Source: Lawsonibacter sp. (GTDB lineage Bacteria > Bacillota > Clostridia > Oscillospirales > Oscillospiraceae). Taken from it: a stretch of DNA of 64,000 bases. Position 1 is the first letter of the stretch, and each line of letters opens with the position of its first letter. The position numbers were made by a program, and so were the translations under genes. The notes under the pieces are model-generated. The model saw only the letters and a program-made list of their open reading frames with translations, had not been told where the DNA came from and did not search any database. Positions 1 through 9,506 of the stretch are shown one piece after another. The DNA lies in assembly GCA_022791995.1 (NCBI GenBank), contig JAAWAD010000090.1, forward strand, positions 2,277-66,276, written 5' to 3'.

Positions 1-1
1 G

Positions 2-214
2 CCGCTCTCCCCTCTGGCCAAGCGAGCCCAGTACAGCCTGTATGCGCACGATGAGAAGCTGTTTTTTGCGGACAATTCCGCCCCGACGGTCAGTCTGCTC
101 TCGGTGCTGCTCGCCTTGGTCAGCAACTATGATTTTAAAGGTTCCTCCACCCATCTGCGCAACAAGCAGAAGTATTGGGAGGAGATTGGGTTTTACCATC
201 AGGAGGAGCCTTGA
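2..214 (+). CDS. MurR/RpiR-family transcriptional regulator, C-terminal SIS part (5' truncated by window edge)
   Basis: Manual translation of frame 2: PLSPLAKRAQYSLYAHDE...EEP*, TGA at 212-214. The SPLAK-A motif is typical of the end of RpiR SIS domains. Not in the ORF track. Confidence 0.6.
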   Translation, partial: PLSPLAKRAQYSLYAHDEKLFFADNSAPTVSLLSVLLALVSNYDFKGSSTHLRNKQKYWEEIGFYHQEEP

Positions 215-300
215 TTTGGTCCACGGCCGCTCCGGCGAAGGCGCCCGCCGGGCGTTTCAGGAACACTTAACCTACGGTACGATGGAAAGGAGTTTTTTCG

Positions 301-1116
301 ATGAGTCAAAAGAGGCTGGTGAAGGTTGCCCTGGGACAGTTTACGTCCATCCAGGGGGATACCCAAGCCAATCTGAACAGGATGCTCCAGATGACCGACC
401 AGGCTGCGGAGGCGGGGGCTGATCTGGTGGTATTCCCCGAGCTGGCGTATTCCGGGTACTTTTGCCAGGCCTATCAAATGCAGCAGCTGGCAGAGCCCCA
501 GGACGGCCCCTTTGTGCAGCAGCTGCGGAAGAAGGCCAGGGAAAAGCGCATCCACATCATCGCCGGCTACCCTGAGACCGGGCCGGTTTTGGGAAAAATG
601 TTTAATTCCTGTATTTTTATTGACGATGACGGCGAGGTCATCGAAAATATGCGCAAGGTCTACGCCTGGGGTGAGGAGAAGCTGAAATTTGCAGAGGGAA
701 ATCGGTTCCCTGTGGTAAAAACGAAATTTGGAAATGTAGGGATGCTGATCTGCTATGACGTGGAATATCCAGAGCCTGCCCGGATTGAGGCCCTGAAAGG
801 GGCGGATATCATTGTGGATTGCTCCGTGTGGAGCATAGACCCGGCTGAGCACCGCTGGCATGTGGATTTGCAGGCAAACGCATTGTTTAATCTGTTGTTT
901 GTGGTGGGGTGCAATACAGTGGGGGATAACATCTGCGGAAGCTCCATGGTGGTCGGGCCTGACGGAGAAATCCGGGCGATGGCCTCCCGGACAGAGGAAG
1001 AGCTTTTGATTCATGAGCTGGATTTGGACGAGATTTTGAAAATCCGAAGCCGTATCCCCTATATGAACGACTTTAAAGAGAGTACATTTTCGATGGATGC
1101 CTTGAAAATATATTGA
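301..1116 (+). CDS. Carbon-nitrogen hydrolase (nitrilase superfamily)
   Basis: Catalytic triad motifs VVFPEL, MRK, LICYD; RBS AAGGAG upstream. Confidence 0.92.
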   Translation: MSQKRLVKVALGQFTSIQGDTQANLNRMLQMTDQAAEAGADLVVFPELAYSGYFCQAYQMQQLAEPQDGPFVQQLRKKAREKRIHIIAGYPETGPVLGKMFNSCIFIDDDGEVIENMRKVYAWGEEKLKFAEGNRFPVVKTKFGNVGMLICYDVEYPEPARIEALKGADIIVDCSVWSIDPAEHRWHVDLQANALFNLLFVVGCNTVGDNICGSSMVVGPDGEIRAMASRTEEELLIHELDLDEILKIRSRIPYMNDFKESTFSMDALKIY

Positions 1117-1149
1117 TAACACTCATCAAGGACTGGAAAGGAGCACAGA

Positions 1150-2391
1150 ATGAGCGAAAACAAAAACACTCCCGCTGGGCAAACCCAATTTGAGGAGGGT
1201 TCGTTAAAGGTGCGCAAGCTGACCCCTCTGGAGGTCACCTTTGCCGTGGTCGGCTGCGGAATTGGCTCTGGCTGTCTGGGCACCGCATACTCCGCCCGTC
1301 TGGCCGGCTTCCCAGTGATTACATTTTGGCTGATTGTCTCCGGCATCACCACGCTGTTCTCCATGTACTATGTGGCCGAGACGGCGCTGCGCACCCGCAG
1401 AATGATGCAGCTGCCCGGTCTAGCGGAGCGCTATGTGGGGCCGGTGGGCAAGATCCTTGTATTCCTGGCGGTTACGCTGAACGCCTTCAGCTGTCTGATC
1501 GCCTATTTTAATGGCAGCGGCAACATTATCAACACGCTGCTGGGCATTCCTGGTTGGGTGGGGACCCTGATGTTTTTAATTCCGGGGATGCTGGTGGTTT
1601 TCTTTGGGCTGAAGGCCGTCGGTATGGCTGGAAAATACCTGTCTATTGCGATGACTGTCATGCTGATTATCCTCTGCGGAGCCTCCCTGATCAGCAAAAA
1701 CGCCGATCTGAGCCGCCTGTTTGTCTCCAACTGGAGCTATGCCATTCCCATTTTTAACGTGGCCGCGTTCAGCTATATCGGCCAGTATCTGGTGCCGGAC
1801 CTGGCGCGTGGACTGTCACACGACCCCAAAAAGCTGGCGCCCGCCATGCTGGCTGGCCAGATTATTACCGCTGCCCTGCTGATTCTGGTCCCCCTGGGCT
1901 GCTTCGTCATCTCTCCTGCCGACGAGATCAGCCAAGTTGCCACAATCGCCTGGGGACAGGCGCTGGGCTCCTGGGCGCTGTATACGGCAAATATTTTCGC
2001 CCTGATTGCGATGTTTACATCCTTCTGTCCCATTTCCCAGACACTGATTTCCAGCATTGTGGACTTCTTTAAGTTCCGCTCAGACTCGGACAACGCAATC
2101 CGCGTACCCATCATGCTGGTGGTGTATGGGATTCCTCTGGTGCTGGTTTTCGGCAATCTGGTTGGGTTTGTGGATGCGATCTATTTCTCCGGCACGTTCT
2201 GCGCGGCCATTATGGCAATCCTTCCTGTTTTCATGATTAACAAGGCCCGCAAGGAAGGTGACTTTGAGCCTGTGTGGAATTGTGGCTGGATGGCCAGTAT
2301 GCCGGTTCAGGTGCTCATTGTTATCCTGTATGGCGGCACGGTTGCCTACGCTATCTTCGGTGCGATGGGCTTTCTGCCGGCTGGCTGGTAA
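1150..2391 (+). CDS. Amino-acid permease (aromatic amino acid/APC-type)
   Basis: Highly hydrophobic, about 11 TM segments; N-terminal VVGCGIGSGCLG motif like Trp/Tyr permeases. Confidence 0.8.
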   Translation: MSENKNTPAGQTQFEEGSLKVRKLTPLEVTFAVVGCGIGSGCLGTAYSARLAGFPVITFWLIVSGITTLFSMYYVAETALRTRRMMQLPGLAERYVGPVGKILVFLAVTLNAFSCLIAYFNGSGNIINTLLGIPGWVGTLMFLIPGMLVVFFGLKAVGMAGKYLSIAMTVMLIILCGASLISKNADLSRLFVSNWSYAIPIFNVAAFSYIGQYLVPDLARGLSHDPKKLAPAMLAGQIITAALLILVPLGCFVISPADEISQVATIAWGQALGSWALYTANIFALIAMFTSFCPISQTLISSIVDFFKFRSDSDNAIRVPIMLVVYGIPLVLVFGNLVGFVDAIYFSGTFCAAIMAILPVFMINKARKEGDFEPVWNCGWMASMPVQVLIVILYGGTVAYAIFGAMGFLPAGW

Positions 2392-2490
2392 CGCGTGTTG
2401 TGACGGGGCCAAACAAAAAGATGTGAAAACCGCTTGTAGTATCCACCCCTCCAGGGTGGATACCACAATTTTAAGCGCTGCAAGGAAATA

Positions 2491-2530
2491 GAAAGGCCGG
2501 GGCATTGGTGTTGCCCCGGCTGTATCTTTT
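2491..2530. terminator. Probable bidirectional intrinsic terminator
   Basis: Stem GCCGGGGCA/TGCCCCGGC (2496-2520) between convergent genes, A-rich before and T-rich after. Confidence 0.7.
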
Positions 2531-2543
2531 GTGAAACAAGAAA

Positions 2544-3215
2544 CTATCCAGGCCCGCCCTGAGGGTCCGTTTGAAATATCTGAAGGACCTTGTCCGCAAT
2601 CGCGTTTCCCAGTACCTGGTGGGCATTCTGGGACAGGTGCAGGCAATCGTCCAGGGAGGGGGATACGAGCAGAGATGCGTCCAGGAACCAGGTTCCTTTC
2701 TCCTGGGCCATCTGAGCTGCTACACGCTGAAGCTTTCGGGATTCGCCCGCTGCATGGGCCAGCTGGTGATCTGGACGGATGGTTTCGATTTCCGGGGCAA
2801 TGACAGGGGGGGCGACAAGGAGAATCTTTTTCTCTCCTTGAAACGCGGGGAGCTTCATCTGGAACAGCTCCTCTGCCTGATAAATCGTGTCGATCAGGGC
2901 ACAGATTCCCCGCTGATAGCCAGTCACATCGGTGAATTTTAAATCGTTTGTACCCAGGAAGAGGATCACCAGGTCGAGCGGAAACTGAGCCAGGAGCGTG
3001 TAGCCCAAATTTTTGATTCCGCAGCGATTGGGCTTCTGATCGTCCTCGTATATGGTGGTTCGTCCGCTGATGCTGTCTTCGATTATGGTAAATTCCTCCC
3101 CCAGCCGCCTTGCCGCCACGCCGGTCCAGCGCAGCTTGGAGGGGTACCGGGTGCCCTTGGCGGGGACATACCCCCAGGTGTTGGAATCGCCAAAGCATAA
3201 TACTCGTTTCACCAT
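2544..3215 (-). CDS. SGNH/GDSL hydrolase (esterase)
   Basis: Blocks FGDSNTWG, SGRTT, LGTND and DCLH (DxxH). Confidence 0.9.
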   Translation of the reverse strand: MVKRVLCFGDSNTWGYVPAKGTRYPSKLRWTGVAARRLGEEFTIIEDSISGRTTIYEDDQKPNRCGIKNLGYTLLAQFPLDLVILFLGTNDLKFTDVTGYQRGICALIDTIYQAEELFQMKLPAFQGEKKILLVAPPVIAPEIETIRPDHQLAHAAGESRKLQRVAAQMAQEKGTWFLDASLLVSPSLDDCLHLSQNAHQVLGNAIADKVLQIFQTDPQGGPG

Positions 3216-4099
3216 ATGGACTCGCCCTCACAGCTTGATAAGAGTTCTATGGCGTCCCGATACCCCAATTCCTCCCGCCACCGCAGATGGTCCGGCTGAA
3301 AATCCAAGGTACCCGCCCGCGGCGCCGGCTCCAACGGTGTGCTGGGCCGCAGCTCCAGGTATTGGACCCCTTTCTGTATGGAGGTATGGTCTACCTGGTC
3401 CAGGGGGTTGAGAAAGATCACCAGGATGAGATCCAGGTCCTCCTGAAGGATGGGGCGCAGAGGAATTTTGTCACAGGGCGCGGGCGTCCGGCACAGGTCG
3501 GGCACTACGCCGCCGTCGGTGTAGTACTCCGCCCCGATTCGCACCGGGGGGAAGGTATAGGGAAGGGTGCCGCTGGCGACGACCACGTTGACCGCCTCGG
3601 TATCCGAGAGGTCCCCAAGCCGAAAGTATGCCGGTCGTTCCTGTTCCAGACAGTAAGCGCAGGCGTACAGCTGCTTTTTCCGCCAGCCGCCCCTGTTTGT
3701 CTCCAGGGCCTGATTCAGGTGGGCCCTCAGACCGGAGCTGCGGTATTTCCAGAGAGCGGGATCGGTCTCGAAGGAGGGGAGGGCGGAGGGGCCGGACAGG
3801 GATTGACGGCGGGCCTCGACCAGGTGCTCCGGGGTCTCCTGATGGGACTTCATCAAATCGTGGAACCGGAACATGAATTCCCGTGCGGCCGGAATGCCGC
3901 CGCAGGCGTAAAGCAGCGCGTTATAGGCCCCAATCGAGCAGCCGGAGATGGCTGTAATCTTCGGGGCAAGGCCGTGCTCTTCCAGGGCGCGCAGCGCGCC
4001 AAGCTGATAGGTTCCTTTTCCGCCGCCGCCGGACAGGACAAGGCCGATGCGCGGCCGGGCAGACGTGGCACTCCCCCGTATTTCCGTCGCCCCCCTCAT
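3209..4099 (-). CDS. Patatin-like phospholipase/esterase
   Basis: Glycine loop LSGGGGKG, nucleophile GCSIG (GxSxG), DGG motif. Confidence 0.9.
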   Translation of the reverse strand: MRGATEIRGSATSARPRIGLVLSGGGGKGTYQLGALRALEEHGLAPKITAISGCSIGAYNALLYACGGIPAAREFMFRFHDLMKSHQETPEHLVEARRQSLSGPSALPSFETDPALWKYRSSGLRAHLNQALETNRGGWRKKQLYACAYCLEQERPAYFRLGDLSDTEAVNVVVASGTLPYTFPPVRIGAEYYTDGGVVPDLCRTPAPCDKIPLRPILQEDLDLILVIFLNPLDQVDHTSIQKGVQYLELRPSTPLEPAPRAGTLDFQPDHLRWREELGYRDAIELLSSCEGESIW

Positions 4100-5385
4100 A
4101 CACCATAGATCAGGTTGGGCAGGAACACAACAATTTGGGGGAACACTGCCATAATCAGGCAGACAGACAGCATCACCACAATGAAGGCCCAGCCATACCG
4201 GCAGAATTGGGGAATACTCACCTTGGTCAGGTTGCAGGTGACATACATCAGGGTCCCGAAGGGAGGCGTCAGGCAGCCACAGTACAAATTGACCATCATA
4301 ATCATACCGAACTGAATCAGATCAATGTTGTAGCTCTGGGCGATGGGGTAGAACAGAGGCGTCAAAATCATCAGCAGGGCAGTACCGTCCAGAAACATGC
4401 CCAGGATAAACACAATTATATTGGACAGCAGAAGGAACATGTACTTGCTGGTGGAGATTGTCATCATCCAGGCGGCCATAGTTTGGGGGATCCGCTCCCA
4501 GGACAGATACATGCTAAAGCCGCAGGCGGATACGATAATGAGCATCACGTTGGCGGTGGAGAGGAAGGCGTCCTTTACAATAGACTTGAAATGCCTGGGT
4601 TTCAGGCTCCGGTAGATGATGCCAATAGCAATGGCCAGGATAATCAGCACGGTGCCCCCCTCCGTGGCGGTAAACATGCCGGAGCGCAGACCCACAATCA
4701 TGAAGATTGGAATCAGCAGAGCCCAGAAGCAACTGAGCAGGGAATGGAGCAGCTCCTGGCCAGTGGCCCGGGTTTCACGGGCGCTCTTCCAGTGGTACTT
4801 GTGGGCATAGAGGTAACAGACAAACATCATGCCGATACAAAGCATAATGCCGGGGACGTAGCCTGCCACCCACATTTTGCCCACGGAAACGCCTGTCATG
4901 ATGCCGTAGAGAATCAGAGGAACGCCCGGAGGGATGATAGGGGTAATCAGAGAGGAGGCCGCCGTGACCACCGTACAGAAGGCCCGGGGGTACCCCTTCT
5001 TTTCCATCTCGGGCACCAGCAGCTTACACTGAAGCGCGGCGTCCGCGTTGGCAGAGCCGCACATGCCGCCGTTCAGCGTGCTGAGCAGAACGTTGATGTA
5101 GGCCAAACCGCCCTCCTTGTGCCCCAGCAGACAGTCGCACAGGTCCAGCAGACGCCCGGTGATGCCGGCGTAATTCATGATGGCACCAGCCAGAATAAAG
5201 AAGGGGGCAGCCATCATGCTGGTTGACATGCTCTGGGTGACAATGTTCTGGATGACGCTGGTCAGGGGGAGAGTTGTCTCCAGAACACCGAAGTACAGAA
5301 AGGTGCCTGCCAGCAGACAGACAGGGACGGGAACCGCCACAAACATCAGGCCAAAGGCCAGAAGCACAGGCAGATAGCTTGTCAT
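4096..5385 (-). CDS. dctM: TRAP transporter large permease
   Basis: APFFILAG, IIPPGVP, FTATE and LTPPFG motifs; start moved to ATG at 5385. Confidence 0.92.
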   Translation of the reverse strand: MTSYLPVLLAFGLMFVAVPVPVCLLAGTFLYFGVLETTLPLTSVIQNIVTQSMSTSMMAAPFFILAGAIMNYAGITGRLLDLCDCLLGHKEGGLAYINVLLSTLNGGMCGSANADAALQCKLLVPEMEKKGYPRAFCTVVTAASSLITPIIPPGVPLILYGIMTGVSVGKMWVAGYVPGIMLCIGMMFVCYLYAHKYHWKSARETRATGQELLHSLLSCFWALLIPIFMIVGLRSGMFTATEGGTVLIILAIAIGIIYRSLKPRHFKSIVKDAFLSTANVMLIIVSACGFSMYLSWERIPQTMAAWMMTISTSKYMFLLLSNIIVFILGMFLDGTALLMILTPLFYPIAQSYNIDLIQFGMIMMVNLYCGCLTPPFGTLMYVTCNLTKVSIPQFCRYGWAFIVVMLSVCLIMAVFPQIVVFLPNLIYGV

Positions 5386-5903
5386 ACAGTTCCCTCCTCT
5401 CCCGCTGTATCCCAATGGGTCAGCTTATAGATGTTTCGGATCATGTCCACAATCACCAGAAGCAGCAGATGACCATAGCCTACGGTGACACAAATATCGC
5501 AGTAAAAATAAGGGATTTTTGTAAGCACCAGCTTTTTGGTGAAGGATTTCACCGCCAGAGCCCAGGAGTAGTACACGGCCACCCCTGCGATGACCAGAAT
5601 GCAAAGGTCTGTGAAGATGCGCAGCACGACCTGCCACCGGGGCGGGAGTATCTTGACCACAAAGTCCATGACGCAGTGGCCGTTGTTGCGGAACAAAAGA
5701 CCCATTCCCACATAGGAGGCCCAGACCAGACCAATCAGGGCAATCTCATCCGAAATTGCGATCCGGCGGCCCAGGAACCACCAGGAAAGAATGTTGGAGG
5801 CGCACAGAGCCACGCTCAGCAGCAGGCCGCCGCCGCCCAGAATATAGATCAGTCGATCGGTACAATCGCCGATTTTTTTCGCCAGTGTATCAATTTTTTC
5901 CAA
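5382..5903 (-). CDS. dctQ: TRAP transporter small permease
   Basis: Four TM segments, SDEIA and GHCVMD motifs; lies between dctP and dctM; TTG start 7 nt after GGAGG. Confidence 0.85.
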   Translation of the reverse strand: MEKIDTLAKKIGDCTDRLIYILGGGGLLLSVALCASNILSWWFLGRRIAISDEIALIGLVWASYVGMGLLFRNNGHCVMDFVVKILPPRWQVVLRIFTDLCILVIAGVAVYYSWALAVKSFTKKLVLTKIPYFYCDICVTVGYGHLLLLVIVDMIRNIYKLTHWDTAGEEGTV

Positions 5904-5921
5904 AGGAATCCCTCCTGTCAC

Positions 5922-5953
5922 TTGTTCCCGCCCCCCGGAGGAGGCGGGAACAA
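5922..5953 (-). terminator. Intra-operon hairpin after dctP
   Basis: 11-bp stem TTGTTCCCGCC/GGCGGGAACAA. Confidence 0.55.
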
Positions 5954-5972
5954 CAGCGGCTGAAAGAACGGA

Positions 5973-7055
5973 TTATTTCAGCCCGGCTTCAACTTCGGCC
6001 ACGGCGGCCAGGACCTCGTCTCCGCGCACCTGGTCCCGGATAATGACCTCGCCAACCGTTCGGAACTCCTGCATGGCTTCGTCGCTCAGATCCACCACGG
6101 TGACGTTGTGGGCCTCATATTCGGGGTAAATCTCTGTTTCCTCCTGGGCGACGCAGTCCGCAGTGGCCAGCTTGCCCCAGTTGCCCAGCACGTCCTGGAT
6201 GATGGTCCGATACTCCTCGGGAATGGACATCCAGAACTCCTGTCCGGCATAGATGCCGTAGCAGTCCAGAATGTGGCTGGTGCGGGAGTAGTACATGGGG
6301 GACATGGCGTCGTACAGGGAATTGGCAGTGATGGTCAGGGGCACGCATTCCAGGCCGTCAATGGCGCCGGTCTGAAGGCCGTTGAACACGTCGGAGAAGG
6401 ACATCACGGTGTAATTGCAGCCCAGATCGGTGAACAGACGGACCATCACATCGCCGGAGGAGATACGCAGGGCCAGCTTCTGCACGTCGGCGACAGAGTT
6501 GACCGGAGCGTTGGCGCAGACGCTGCGGTAACCGATCAGGCCGTCGTTGCAGATGACGTGGAAGCCGGCGGCCTCGCACTCGGCCTCAATGCCCTTGAAG
6601 TAATCGCTCTCGAAGAAGGCGGCGGCCACTTCGCGGCTGGAGAACAAATAGGGGGACACCAGTGTAGACATAACGGGCATGTAATCCACCAGATAGCTGG
6701 GTGTGGCCACCAGGAACAGGTTGGCGTTGGACATCATGGCCTCTACCCCTTCGGCGTAGACCAGCATCTGCCCGTCTGCGTACACCTGGATGTCGATCAT
6801 GCCGTTGGTCTTTTCCCGGATTTCTTTGGCGCAGTTTTCCAGCTGGGTGACGGTGGGGGCGTTGCTGGGGTCGGTGGTGGTCAGCTTGATTTCAATGGGC
6901 TTTTCTGTGGGGGTGGGAGTGCCTTGGCTGGTTCCGCCCTGGTTTCCGCCGGAGGAGGCGGGGCTTCCACCGGAGGAGGCAGGACTTCCGCCACAGGCTG
7001 TCAAGGTGAACATCAGGGCAAGACCGGCCAGCAGAGCTGTTAAACGTTTCATCAT
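5973..7055 (-). CDS. dctP: TRAP substrate-binding lipoprotein
   Basis: Lipobox LTAC, Gly/Ser linker, IGYR, LALR and LQTGAIDGLE DctP motifs. Confidence 0.92.
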   Translation of the reverse strand: MMKRLTALLAGLALMFTLTACGGSPASSGGSPASSGGNQGGTSQGTPTPTEKPIEIKLTTTDPSNAPTVTQLENCAKEIREKTNGMIDIQVYADGQMLVYAEGVEAMMSNANLFLVATPSYLVDYMPVMSTLVSPYLFSSREVAAAFFESDYFKGIEAECEAAGFHVICNDGLIGYRSVCANAPVNSVADVQKLALRISSGDVMVRLFTDLGCNYTVMSFSDVFNGLQTGAIDGLECVPLTITANSLYDAMSPMYYSRTSHILDCYGIYAGQEFWMSIPEEYRTIIQDVLGNWGKLATADCVAQEETEIYPEYEAHNVTVVDLSDEAMQEFRTVGEVIIRDQVRGDEVLAAVAEVEAGLK

Positions 7056-7291
7056 ATTCGATCCTTTCCACTTTTATTTTTTTCGATTTTGAAAGCACTT
7101 TTGCGCTCTCCTTCTTAAAAATCATACTGCAAAAGAAGGTTTCACGTCAAGAAAAATGTTGTTTTCTTCGAGAGTTTCTACTTATTTCATATAATTATAA
7201 TAATATTTTTAACAAAATCAACAAATTATTTTTCGAAAATTCAACTATATTTTTTATTTGAATGATAATTTGTTCTTTTAAAAAAATATAC

Positions 7292-7320
7292 TTGTTTTTT
7301 TAACAATTTAAAGGTATGAT
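7292..7320 (+). promoter_or_regulatory. Putative SigA promoter of DeoR gene
   Basis: TTGTTT-N17-TATGAT in an AT-rich divergent intergenic region. Confidence 0.5.
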
Positions 7321-7377
7321 AAAAGAAAAAAGTAGCCTCTGTGCTCAGCAGATTTTTGACGCCAAAGGAGTGTTTCT

Positions 7378-8154
7378 ATGGGCCGCCCCCAGAGAAGATA
7401 TGAGATTACCAACTACATCAACGAGCATGGCACCGTTACCTTTCAGGAGCTGAAGAATCGTTTCCCGGATGTTTCAGACATGACGCTGCGCACCGACCTG
7501 CGGGAACTGGGGGATCTGGGCAAAATTATCCGCACATGGGGAGGCGCTCGGTCTGTGCAGGAGACGGCCAAGGCGGACGACTCCTACTTTATGCGCCTAG
7601 CCCGCAGCGTGGAGAAACGGCAGCAGATTGCCCGAAAAGCGGTATCCTTTCTGAGAGAACAGCTGGCGCTGAAGCCGAATGTCTCCATCTATCTGGACTG
7701 CGGCGTCACCATCACCGAGATTGCAAAGTGCTTCCCGGACGAGTGGTGTACTGTGGTCACAAACAGCATCAGCAACGCTTATGCCTTGGCGGCGCTGAAG
7801 CGCCCCTCCGTCACCGTCCTGGGGGGATCGCTGAACCGCTATAATTGCTGCTGCGACAGCTCCCGGAATATTGAGGATTTGAAGCGGATGAATTTTGACT
7901 TTATGTTTTTGGCGACAGCGGGGTATTCCATAGATGTGGGCTTTACCTGCGGGAAGGAGGTTATTGACGACACAAGAGCGGTGATTATGGAGCACTCCAG
8001 AAAAATTATTATCCCCTTTGATTCCTCCAAAATCGGTCTGATTTATCCAATTACACACACCATGCCAGAGGACATTGACATGGTGATTTCGGACGACGGT
8101 TTCCCTGATGAGGTGGTGCAGCACCTGCGGGCCCGAGGGGTGGAGGTTTTGTAA
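7378..8154 (+). CDS. DeoR/GlpR-family transcriptional regulator
   Basis: HTH VSDMTLRTDL..L...G.IIRTWGGA; IYLDCGVT, VTNS and DSSKI in the sensor domain. Confidence 0.93.
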   Translation: MGRPQRRYEITNYINEHGTVTFQELKNRFPDVSDMTLRTDLRELGDLGKIIRTWGGARSVQETAKADDSYFMRLARSVEKRQQIARKAVSFLREQLALKPNVSIYLDCGVTITEIAKCFPDEWCTVVTNSISNAYALAALKRPSVTVLGGSLNRYNCCCDSSRNIEDLKRMNFDFMFLATAGYSIDVGFTCGKEVIDDTRAVIMEHSRKIIIPFDSSKIGLIYPITHTMPEDIDMVISDDGFPDEVVQHLRARGVEVL

Positions 8155-8161
8155 TAGACAG

Positions 8162-8200
8162 AAAACCGCCCCGCTCCCTGTATGGAGCGGGGCGCAAAAA
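8162..8200. terminator. Intrinsic terminator between convergent genes
   Basis: Stem CGCCCCGCTCC/GGAGCGGGGCG (8167-8194). Confidence 0.7.
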
Positions 8201-8224
8201 ATGAAAATCGCATTTGTCAGTTTT

Positions 8225-9052
8225 TTAAGTGTTGTGGCAGTCGGAACGGCAGCGAAGAAAATATCCCAGGCCGTTGCCCAAAGCAGCGGGAACCGCGGCC
8301 ATAAAGCAGTGGAACAGGGCGGTGGAATTGAAGACAAGCCAAACTGCGGGCAGGTAACAGACAAACAGCAGCACCGGGTACAGAGGGCACAGCCCCTGCT
8401 TCCGGCCCAAAGTGAGGCCGGAAAAGAACCCAGCCAAAGGCAGCAGCAGATAGGGCAGCACCAGCCCGGAGAACAGAGGGACATCCACCACGAAACGCTG
8501 GTCTATCCACATCAGAACCAGGGGCAGCAAAAGGCACACCAGAAGGGCAAAGGGCAGATAGGCCAGCGTAGCCGCCCAGTTCAGCCGGGAGGGCTTCGCC
8601 TTCAGTCCGAGCATAGCACGAAGCTGAACCACCTCCATATACCAGCTGACCCACCGGCCCAGCCAGATCAGGATATATACCAGCGCAAGCAGAACCAGAA
8701 ACAGGGATGTGCCCCTCAGGCTGTCTGCCCACCAACACCCGCGGACCAGCAGGGCGAAGGAGGCCAGGGTAGCGGTCAAGTGGAGCAGAGAGCGCAGCAG
8801 AAGCTGTGTTCCGTCGTCGGCGAAGGGCAGGGCGGCGGCCGCCGCCACACCCCCAAACAGCCCTCCCAACAGAGACTGTATTACGATAGCCAGCTCTGTT
8901 GAACCGACGGCCTCAACCATCCGGGCAGATACCGGCAGAGACTCTTCTGAAACGGCCATGGACTGGATAAGCCACACCGCCGCCGGGACCAGCAGAGCCC
9001 CCAAAAGAAAGCCTGTCCCCAGGCAGATTGCCCAACTTTTTTTTTCATTCAT
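8225..9052 (-). CDS. DUF3021-like membrane protein (LytTR partner) with extra C-terminal TM region
   Basis: Multi-TM with LLH and YILIW motifs; overlaps the LytTR gene end. Confidence 0.7.
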   Translation of the reverse strand: MNEKKSWAICLGTGFLLGALLVPAAVWLIQSMAVSEESLPVSARMVEAVGSTELAIVIQSLLGGLFGGVAAAAALPFADDGTQLLLRSLLHLTATLASFALLVRGCWWADSLRGTSLFLVLLALVYILIWLGRWVSWYMEVVQLRAMLGLKAKPSRLNWAATLAYLPFALLVCLLLPLVLMWIDQRFVVDVPLFSGLVLPYLLLPLAGFFSGLTLGRKQGLCPLYPVLLFVCYLPAVWLVFNSTALFHCFMAAVPAALGNGLGYFLRCRSDCHNT

Positions 9053-9506
9053 GTCGCTGCCGCCTCCCCAACTGTAAGGTCGCCTTAATTTTTTTTACGT
9101 ATCGCCGGGAAACATAGACTGCCGTCCCGCCCTCCAAAGTCATGCGGATGGTTCCGGTCAAAGACAGGTCCACTGCAGTTACTCGCTCCAGGTTCACAAT
9201 CTCTGAGTTGGAGATGCGGGCAAACCGCCCCCGATCCAGTATCTCCTCCAGCTCGTACAGACGCAGACGTACCGAGAAGGTCCCCTCTGCCGTCTGTGCA
9301 GCAATCCCTTTGCCGTCGGTGTAGAACCGCAAAAAAGCCTCTTGCGGCAGCCGCCGGGATTGCTCCCCCTCCCACACCGGAACCGGGTCCAGCGCCAGTC
9401 CCGCCAGCTCCTGGACCAGCTGGCGCAGGTCTTCCGTCTCTGCCCCGGCCAAAATGATTATTTTGGGCTCTTCCCGGCCGGGCTCCAGCCTGAACTCTAC
9501 CTCCAT
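9045..9506 (-). CDS. LytTR DNA-binding domain regulator (no receiver domain)
   Basis: RLYELEE, FARISNSEIVN and VSRRY motifs. Confidence 0.92.
   Translation of the reverse strand: MEVEFRLEPGREEPKIIILAGAETEDLRQLVQELAGLALDPVPVWEGEQSRRLPQEAFLRFYTDGKGIAAQTAEGTFSVRLRLYELEEILDRGRFARISNSEIVNLERVTAVDLSLTGTIRMTLEGGTAVYVSRRYVKKIKATLQLGRRQRHE

Noticed and set aside
6946-6992. 21-bp tandem duplication
   Set aside because: Encodes the GGSPASS lipoprotein linker; low-complexity spacer.
7056-7377. Very AT-rich stretch as a foreign insertion
   Set aside because: Short divergent promoter region between dctP and deoR; AT richness is expected.
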